Below, one piece after another: positions 54,044-64,000 of a stretch of DNA of 64,000 bases (within the stretch, counting starts at the first letter, position 1; each line of letters begins with the position of its first letter). The notes below the pieces were generated by a model. It searched no databases. It had not been told where the DNA came from and was given only the letters and a program-made list of their open reading frames with translations. The position numbers were made by a program, and so were the translations under genes. The DNA comes from Octopus vulgaris (Eukaryota): positions 28,272,001 through 28,336,000 of the forward strand of contig OX597828.1 of NCBI GenBank assembly GCA_951406725.2, read 5' to 3'.

Positions 54044-54102
54044 TAGAGTCTGACAAGCCATCTATAGAGCCCTTTGTGGATGTGAAACTATTGGTCACTC
54101 TA
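54044..54102 (+). ncRNA. Type I hammerhead motif with G8A core substitution
   Basis: TAGAGT CTGACAA gcCATCTATAGAG cc CTTTGTGGATGt GAAA ctattg GTC ACTCTA: perfect 6-bp stem I, long stem II, GUC triplet. Confidence 0.75.
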
Positions 54103-54120
54103 TGACTGGACAAGAATCTA

Positions 54121-54196
<76 letters not shown>

Positions 54197-54707
54197 GTAA
54201 TTTAGATTGAATTAGGTACTTAAATTGAGGTATCTTGTCAGGATGGACTAATTTGAACACTCACACAATATCAGGTGAGAATAATCAAACTCTATGCAGA
54301 ATTTTTTTCCCCTGATATTCTTGTAGTGTATGCAGACAACACAATCCAACTTAGTGAATAAATCCACCCTTGTTTGTTCAGACATGTACTTTAAATAAAG
54401 GTACTTGTTTTAATACTTCTGGGATGCAGATTCCAGGGTAGGTGAGTAAGATAGAAATAAGCAACAAAGATGTATATGTATCAATGAGTTTCTTTCAATT
54501 CCTGCCTACCAAACCCACTCAGAAAACTTTGGTCAGCCTAGGACTACAGTAAAAGACATTTGCCCAAGGTTCCATGCAATGGGACTGAACTCAAAACCTT
54601 GGAATTGGAATGCAAACTTCTTACAGCACAGCCACATTAGCACCTATTAACGAGCATTAAAATGATGACATATATATACATATACATATATATATATATA
54701 CATATAT

Positions 54708-54750
<43 letters not shown>

Positions 54751-55384
54751 TATATACATATATATAGACATATATATATATATACATACATATATATATA
54801 TATGTAGGATCCCTTCAGTGGTATGTCAAGAGTGGGGTGTAGTAAGGGAGATAATTGCCACCTTCCCAGTGCTAAGGGGGCAGAGCAGGGGTTAAGGGTA
54901 TAAAATTCCGTCTGGTTTGTCATGCTTGTTAATTAAGGTGCAAGCACCAGCAGTATGTGTGTGTGTGTGTGTGTCCGTGCTATGACCACTAACCACTTTT
55001 TGTCGTATTTACTTCTTTGCTTTGTGACTGGAAGGAACATTTATTACATATATTTCATTTTGTACACAAGCACTCAAACACACACATACACACACACACA
55101 AATATGCATTGGCACATACACTTATGCACAAGTTCATGCACACACACACACACATGAAGGAGTATACATGGATGATTTCATGTTATGTATTCTAGGTATA
55201 TATATATGTGTGTGTGTTCCCTTCCATACATACATATTACATATATACACATGGACATGCTTTATGAATATATATATATCATCATCATCATCATCATCGT
55301 TTAATGTCTGCTTTCCATGCTAGCATATATATATATATATGTGTGCCCTTTCATACATACATACAGACATATACATATATGTTT

Positions 55385-55600
<216 letters not shown>

Positions 55601-56664
55601 CACACACACTCGCATGCACATGCTAGAACATTAATTTACCTACGGTTACTCATCTACCTATATACACCCTGCCATCTACACAACAATAACCACAAGAACA
55701 ACGAAGTGAACAGAGAAACTGTCTGAAATTTTTATTAATGTTTCTGTTTTTATTAATTCTATTATAATTCGCTGTTGTTTTTTTTTCTTTTTCTTATTCT
55801 TGTTGTTTTCTGTTTTCGTTTCCTTCTGAATTGACTTAAATTTTATACCTTTTTTTATTGTATTCTTCTGGGTTTTTTTTTTTTTCTTATATTTCTTATA
55901 TTTCCTTATTGAAGAATGAATATATTTAATTGACACATCCTACAGAGAGTCTGATCTGGAGAAGAAGCTGTGATTATGAGTGATTTGTGATGGCGGCGGC
56001 AGTGGTGGTGGTGGTGGTGGTGGTAGATGGGAGAGCAAGTCTATAAGCAGTGTGCTCGGGCATGAGGTGGGGGGAAGAATTGTAGGGGGAGAGGAGTGGA
56101 AGGTGCATATGATTACATGAGGAGTGGGCAGAGGAGTGACGGAGAGAAAGAGTAGCAAAAGAATAAAAGAAAACAACAACATAAATAAACAAATAAATAA
56201 AATGAAATAAAATAAAATAAAATAAAATAAAATCAATAACAAGCTTGTTTTAGAAATTCAAAAGCTCTCTGTAATAATGCAAAATGTACGTGGTAAAATT
56301 GTGGCTGAGATATCTTTGAAAATATTCCTGGGCCTTATAATTTCTGAACAGAGCATTCTCCCAAGATTGTTAAATGTTGATAGTGGTGGTGGTGGTGGTG
56401 GTGGCAGCGGCAAGGGTTGCGGTAACAGCAATGGTGTTGGAGGTGTTAATGGTGGTGGTGGTGGTCGTGGTGGTTGCGGCGGCAGTGGTGGTAGCAAGAG
56501 TTATGGTAACAGCAGTGATATGTTAGTGTTGGTGGTGGTGGTGGTGGTAGCGGTGACGTCGGTAGTTTCTGGTTTTGTAAGTTGAGTTATGGTTATTGTT
56601 GGCAGTGAGTTATTTTCTATTGCATAGGTACTTTTGATTTTTGTAATTGTCATTCTTCTCTATG

Positions 56665-56704
<40 letters not shown>

Positions 56705-56849
56705 CAGTTGTGTATGTGTTGCTGCTGTTGTTGTTATGTATGTATCATTGTGTGAATATGTGTGTCATTTTGCCTGTGTCTGTTGTTCTCTGATTGTTCA
56801 ATAAATCTTTCGTTTTATGTCACTATGTGCATGTGTGCTTTAAATATAA

Positions 56850-57170
<321 letters not shown>

Positions 57171-57809
57171 TCATTTTGTTCATTTTTATATCCATTTTTC
57201 CATGTTAGCATGTTGTAAATTGACTATATTTCTGGAGTGTTGAGGCATTGTTTTACAGTCAGATGCCATTCCTACCATTAAACCCAATCATTTTTTCCAA
57301 GTAAAGAAACCATTCGCCCCCCCCCCGCACATCTCTAGAGACACAAAGTCAGTGGATGATTTGGTGATAAGAGAAATCACTGTTACATCACCCCTTGTAG
57401 CACAATGGATTTTAGTTAAGTGTTATTGTAAACAAACACACACACACACATACACACACACACAAGCATGCTCATGCACACTTGTGCACGAAATACATAC
57501 ACCTATAGTCTTCTTCTTCATTTGTTTCTACATCTGTTTCTTCATGCTAGCATAGGTTAGATAAATATAGTATTGAAGTATTGTTTCACTATGAGATGCC
57601 CTACCTATCACTAACCCTTATTTGTTGTCAAAAGGGGATCTTTTATTCCATATGCTTTCAAAGGCACATAGCCAGCAAATAATTTCTTGACAGGATAAAT
57701 GATAACATCATTAATTCTTGGAGCTCAACCATTTTCAGAGAAATGCTAATGTCCACACACACACACACACACACACACACAAATAAATGCATACATGCAC
57801 ACACATATT

Positions 57810-59000
57810 TGCCTCTGCCACCATGCCTTTATTTAACATAGATCCTGTCAGTATCCTTGTTATGATATCAAAGTTGCAGATTTCTTCAAGTATCATGTCT
57901 AATATCCCAAATATTGGTACTAGTACTGGAACTGCAAAAGCATTGTGGGATATGGTTTTATGGAATGCAGACAGTTCTGACTTTCATTTCTTCCAGTGCT
58001 TGCTGATGTCTTCTTTTTATCACTCTTGTTTTACTCACGGCATTGACATTTGCAATATTCTCATTGATTCTGAGAAACTGTACTCATCAGAAGTGATAGA
58101 GAGATACACTGGCCACTGATATCCTTATATTCTTTGCCTGGTGGCGAGCTGGCAGAAACGTTAGCGCGCCGGGCGAAATGTTTAGCGGTATTTCGTCTGT
58201 CGTTATGTTCTGAGTTCAAATTCCGCCGAGGTCGACTTTGCCTTTCATCCTTTCGAGGTCGATAAATAAAGTACCAGTTTTGCAACTGGGGTCATTGTGA
58301 TTCCTTTGTCCTTGTTTGTCCCCTCTATGTTTAGCCCCTTGTGGGCAGTAAAGAAATATATATTCTTTGCCTGGTGAACACTCTTTGCTTATTCGTCTAC
58401 CATCTATGTACACTATGCTGACCAAACTCCTTTGCTATGTCTCATAAGAACGTTGTGATCACTTCTCTCTCTCTTAGTATTATTCATGTACAGCTTAAGG
58501 TCATCAGCAAAATAGATGTGGTTGACATTTTTCTTTTAATCTGTTGATCTTATTATACAGGCTTTGCATTTTCCTAACTAGGCTGACAAGGGGCTCACAG
58601 CCAGAATGAAAAGCGTTACAGATGAACTTTACTCATTTCTGTTGACAGCCTGATTATGTTGGTGACTATAACAGTAGCTGCAGATATTGGAATCTTGGTA
58701 TGGTATTATTTATGAGTGAGGAACAGAGATGAAATGCCTTCTTATAGTCTGTAGATTTTGGCAGTGCTGTTTCATTTCCTTAAAGACACCTTTGTTGATG
58801 AGGAGCTATTTAGCACAGTCCCAGGATCAGGGCTTGTTTATAACTCTCAACAAGGTTTTCCTTTTCTTTTCTTTTCTTTTTTTTTTTTGAAAACCAACAG
58901 TTGCCAATGCATGCATGTCCCCTTTTGCTTGCTGCTGCTGATGTTCAAGGGAATGGTAAAAAAACCAATATGGTGTGGCAGTAGTGTCTAAAAGACATTG
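57810..59000 (-). pseudogene. Decayed non-LTR retrotransposon RT region (R4/Dong-like)
   Basis: Minus-strand motifs in the expected order: CAK*LLINK, DYKKAF (58732-58749), LFILAVSPLS, VNHIYFADDLKLY (FADD ~58500-58511), NAFAVPVLVPIFGILD. Contains stops and frameshifts and is interrupted by a SINE. Confidence 0.8.
58144..58358 (+). mobile_element. SINE family B with 18-bp TSD, inserted in the LINE remnant
   Basis: tatattctttgcctggtg at 58126-58143 and 58359-58376. Confidence 0.9.
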
Positions 59001-59033
59001 CTGTTAGAAAGCAAAGAAGTGGAACAGATATTT

Positions 59034-59161
59034 TGGCGTTAGGAAGGGCATCCAGCTGTAGAAACATTGCCAGATCAGACTGGGCCTGGTGCAGCCTTCT
59101 GGCTTCCCAGACCTCAGTTGAACTGTCCAACCCATGCTAGCATGGAAAGCGGATGCGAAAC

Positions 59162-59190
<29 letters not shown>
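59034..59190 (+). mobile_element. Retroposon family C, 5'-truncated
   Basis: ggcgttaggaagggcatccag ... (GAT)n. Confidence 0.8.
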
Positions 59191-59192
<2 letters not shown>

Positions 59193-60269
59193 ACAAAGCA
59201 TCTAGGCTGATGTCCTGACATTTCTTTTAATCCAACTTCTGAGCAGCTATTTTAGTTATCCACTCCCAAAGGATGAGAGGCAAAACTAGCCTCAGCAGGA
59301 TTTGAACTCAGTTTAAAGAAAGCCAGAAGAAATAAGCCTTGGTAGTCTTCTTGTTGCTATAACAACCAATTTACCATCTTCAGAACTACAAAATCTTTGA
59401 CATAAAATTGAATTTAATAGTAGAACACTGTCTGGTCTGCGGTAAGAAAATAACAATCTTGCTACCCAGAAACTTACTGTTCTGTGTCCAAATCTTATTA
59501 TGGGTGATTTAGCCTTTCCACCCTTCAGGTTCAATAAAATAAATCCCAGTTAATATATTAGAATAATTACAAAGCAGCTAATTAAACAGTCGAGTTACTA
59601 TTACTAACTACAAACCACTCCTAAACCACAAGCCTACTCAACTAAATATCACTTACTGCTACACAACAGCTCTAGATGTTGCAATATATTTGGTTGTCGC
59701 ATCCATTACAATTAAAAATATTAAATATTGTACACATCACTGAAGCTATTAAATGTTGATATTATAGACTCTTTAGATCAATCACTTTCTAACGATGAAA
59801 CAAATTTAATTGGTCCCATTTAACACTAAATTTATTTACATATTATGTTCAGATACAATATTTGTGAGGTTAAGGTGCAATGATTTTTACATTGAGATTT
59901 TACTGCAGCCAGTTTGGTGCCCCTGTGTTGTTAAGGCACACAACTCTCTCAGTATCAGTCTACATGACTGACAAACAGGTTGTACTTCTGCTTTAATGAT
60001 AGCATGAAATTGAAACAAATCTTTTTAACAAAATCTGAATTCAAAACATTATCATCATCCATCATTATTTATCGTCCACTTTTCCATGCTTGCATCGGTC
60101 AGACAGAATTTTTTGGAGGCAGATTTTCTATGGTTTGACATGTTTTTCTATGGAAGACTGAGCAACACCATTTGTATGTTGGTGAGGTTTGTTTACAACC
60201 ACTACATGACAAAGGTATACACATACACACACACACACACATGAATCATACGTACATACATACATATAC

Positions 60270-60431
60270 ATGTGGCTGTGTGGTAAGAAGCTTGCTTCCC
60301 AACCACTTGGTTCCGGGTTCAGTCCCATTGCATGGCACATTGGGCAAGTGTCTTCTGCTATAACCTCAAGCCGACCAAAGCCTTGTGAGTGGATTTGGTA
60401 GACAGAAACTGAAAGAAGCCTATCATGTGTG

Positions 60432-60465
<34 letters not shown>

Positions 60466-60690
60466 AGTATGTATATATTTGTTTGTGTATGTGAGTTTGT
60501 CCCACACCATCATTTTACAGCTGATGTTAGTGTGTTTACATCACCATAACTTAGTTGTTCGGCAAAAGAGACCAATAGAATAAATACTAGGCTTACAAGG
60601 AATAAGTCCTGGGTTGATTTCATTGACTAAAAGCAGTGCTCCAGCATAGCCACAGCCAGATGACTGAAACAAATAAAAGAATAAAGAATA
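60270..60690 (+). mobile_element. SINE family A
   Basis: Match from head to tail. Confidence 0.85.
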
Positions 60691-60706
60691 AAAAATATAT
60701 ATATAT

Positions 60707-60758
<52 letters not shown>

Positions 60759-61063
60759 TCATCATTTAACCTCCATGTTCCCTGCTGGAAGCTTGTTTCA
60801 GTTTCCGACTACTAAATCTGCTCAAAAGGCGCTGATCAGCCAGGTTTATAATTGAAGACAGTGACCCAAAATGCCTACCTGGACAGATTGAACCTGAGAC
60901 CACAGGACTGGGAAGCAAGCTTTTTAACCACTGAACCACACATTATAGAAAAGAAGGTTTATCTTTATCTTCATAGCATTTTTTGATAAAGTTATTATCT
61001 GTTATTATATATTTGTTTTTTTTTATAAACATAAATCTGTCCTCAAATACCTTTTGCACACTG

Positions 61064-61102
<39 letters not shown>

Positions 61103-62047
61103 TTCAATTTTTGTTTTTATGTTATAATAAAAAGACATTAAACTGAAAGAGTTCTCAATACTTTTGGTAGAGTACAAATTTATTATTCTTTGACACGAAT
61201 ATTATTGCCAATGGCTTAAGTTGAGCTTCTTTCACTTTCTGTCTTCCAAATCCACTTTCAAAGCTTTGGTCAGTCCTACTATTGCTCAAAGTGCCACACA
61301 CTGGAACCGAACTCAGAACCATGTGGTTCAGAAGCAAATATTTAACCATTCGGTCACACATGCACCGATATCAAAATGCTGATGACTGCCTGTGTGATTT
61401 GAACCTACAGTTGCTGTGAATATGACAAATTCACTAACATCCTACCAAAGCAAACAGAAAACAAAACACCTTAATCTTTCTTATAACAGCCCATCCTGGG
61501 TAATTTGCCCAAGATCCATGTTAAAAACTTTCCATTTGAAATCAAAACCTTTCATATAGATTTCATGTTTTATGTTCCAAACACCATCTCGATAATGTCA
61601 AAGTTATTGTACAACATTATTTTCAGAAATATTTGAAACCAAGGCAGTGTATTTTTGCTGAAGAATAGTAACAAAAGGGTTTTAAAATCAATGTTAATTT
61701 TCATTCCTTTAGTAAACAATATGGCCTAGCAACAATATTTATGATTTTGTTGCTGTAAACAATTACTAGAACTCTTATATAATATATCTTTCTGTTATAT
61801 TACTTTTTATGTGACTGGTAAGCTACACTGGTTGTCTCATTAATGTGTTAAATGCTTGTCCCAGCAGAGTATTGTAGTCTTTATTAAAAGTATGTTTTTT
61901 TTTATTATATTGCAGCTGTATATGTAATATCTTAGACAAGATGTGAGAACCTGTTGTCCTCTGAAAAACAAAATGTGGTACTGACAGAAGTACAATTTTT
62001 GAGGGAAAAGAAAATAATGATATTCGGGTGACCCCTTCAGTTCTTTT

Positions 62048-62212
62048 AGGCTCGGGCATGGCTGTATGGGAAGAGGCTCGCTTCCCAACCACATGTTTCA
62101 GGTTTAGCTCCACTGTGTGACACCTTGGGCAAGTGTCTTCCATTGTGGGTGGCCCCTGCTCAACCAAAGTTTTATGAGTGGATTAAGTAGGCAGAGACTG
62201 AAAGAAGCCCAT

Positions 62213-62245
<33 letters not shown>

Positions 62246-62872
62246 GTGTGTGTGTATATATATATATATGTGTGTATATACATGTGTATGTATGTATATA
62301 TATATATATGCCAGCGCCGCCCCAACTGGCTTCCGTGCCGGTGGCACATAAAAAGCACCATCCGAACGTGACCGATGCCAGTGCCACCCTGACTGGCTTC
62401 CGTGCCGGTGGCACGTCAAAAGCACCAACCGATAGTGGCCAATGCCAGACTCCCCTACACCTGTGTCGGTGGAATGTAAAAAGCACCCACTACACTCGCG
62501 GAGTGGTTGGCGTTAGGAAGGGCATCCAGCTGTAGAAACACTGCCAGATCAGACTGGAGCCTGGTGCAGCCCCTGGCTTCCCAGACCCCGGTCGAACCGT
62601 CCAACCCGTGCTAGCACGTTAAACGATGATGATGATATATATATATATACATATATCTGTGTGTGCCTTTGTGTTTGTATTTGTCCACCATTTCACAACT
62701 GTTGTTAGTTTGTTTACATCTCTGTAACTTAGTAATTCAGCCATGTGAGACTGATAGAATAAGTACCAGGCTTAAAAATAAGAAATGGGTCAACATGTTT
62801 AAGTAAACCCTTCAATGTGATGCCCCAGCATGGCCACGTCCAATGTCTGTGACAAGTAAATGAAAAGATAAA
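62048..62872 (+). mobile_element. Diverged SINE family A split by a family-C element (62310-62636) in its internal microsatellite
   Basis: Head 62048-62210, (TA/TG)n, family-C insert, then the family-A 3' half from ~62655. Confidence 0.75.
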
Positions 62873-64000
62873 AAATACTGGAATGTTAATTTAATTTTAT
62901 TTGAAGTTTAACTTTTTAACTAATTACAAATTTTATAGAAGCACATACATTTCATCATCATCATTGTTGTTGTTGTTGGGTTAACATCTGGTTCTTCCAT
63001 GCTTGCATGAGTTAGATAAGAATACTTTGGAGCAGTGTTTTCTACGGCTGGGTGCCCTTACTGTCACCAACCTCCATTTGTTTCCAAGTAACATAACAAT
63101 CTCCCACTCTATCAAACAACAAAGAACCCAGACATGTTTATGCAGTGAACGACACCATATGAATGAGACTTTTGTTTACAAAGATTGTGAAACACATCAA
63201 GATATATCAGGAGGCCCAAACATGCTTTCATGGTGGACTGCAGGCAAATGACATTCTTAACAAAGCTATTGTTTACATGGTGGTGGCTGCCCCCTCGTTA
63301 TCAAGTATGACCATTGCACGAAGCTTAATCAATGTTGTTATCGTGCAATGCCTGTGCAAGAAGATTTTTTTTGAAAGTGAGGAAAGGCTGTGCACTGAGT
63401 CAATCCCACTCACTAAGCAACAGCAGCCATAATCTGAAAAGAAGAACAAGTCAACATCATCGGTAACCACTGAGCCGCAGGTTTTATGTCGGAGTTATCC
63501 CAGTTACCTGAGTTACCTTCTCCTAGAAGGATGCCCTAACAAAGGCTAGGAGTCCTTCACTCCCAATGGTTTAACCGTGCGATCAGGTATTCAGTCCGAT
63601 TATTTCTATGTCCCTGTGCATGATACAGCCTTAAGACATTGTTTACAACTCACATTGTAAACACACATGAAAATGGGGGTGAAACAAACTCACTCACAAA
63701 CACACACAGTGAATGCTCATGGTCTAGTGGTTAGGATGTGTTATCCAAAATCACAAAATTGTAGTTTCAATTCCCAGACCAGCAGTTCTATGTGTTCTTG
63801 TGCAAAACAATTCATTTTACATTACTCCAGGCCACTCACATCTGTTGGTATACGACAGATTTCTTTCATAGCTTCCATCTGTCCAATCCAATCACAAATC
63901 TTTCTTTGTCTAAATTTATAATTACTTGCTTCCTACTCGCAAAATTTCTGACCTTGTGTCAAAATTAGAAAGAATTCATTTTAATTATTTCTTAACTCTT

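Noticed and set aside
56258-56585. Gly-rich / Pro-rich ORFs
   Set aside because: Degenerate (GGT)n microsatellite.
61540-61683. Possible third piggyBac MITE (ends aacaaaagggtt)
   Set aside because: Too diverged; left TIR and TTAA TSD not identifiable.

Overview
AT-rich eukaryotic genomic DNA, most likely an octopus (inferred from the SINE families and the dense (TA)n/(ATT)n/(CAT)n microsatellites). Almost all ORFs in the supplied track are microsatellite or SINE artefacts. The only protein-coding sequence I can support is one internal 113-nt exon of WDR4/TRM82 (+ strand, 22247-22359), so most or all of the window is probably WDR4 intron. The window also holds a tRNA-Ser(GCT) gene, about four SINE families, a decayed Tc1/mariner (DDxD) transposon, mariner-, piggyBac- and hAT-type MITEs, and R4/Dong-like LINE remnants. 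Two observations stand out. (1) About 11 type-I hammerhead-ribozyme motifs from several unrelated short repeats, most next to (TA)n tracts. Some have long stem-II insertions, and three loci are inverted (sense + antisense) duplications. This resembles Penelope-like-element ribozyme termini. (2) The tRNA-Ser gene, with its leader and trailer, plus the adjacent SINE are enclosed by one 14-bp direct repeat, suggesting a pre-tRNA-SINE read-through transcript was retrotransposed as a unit. All structures were read by eye; repeat boundaries are approximate and family names need database confirmation.
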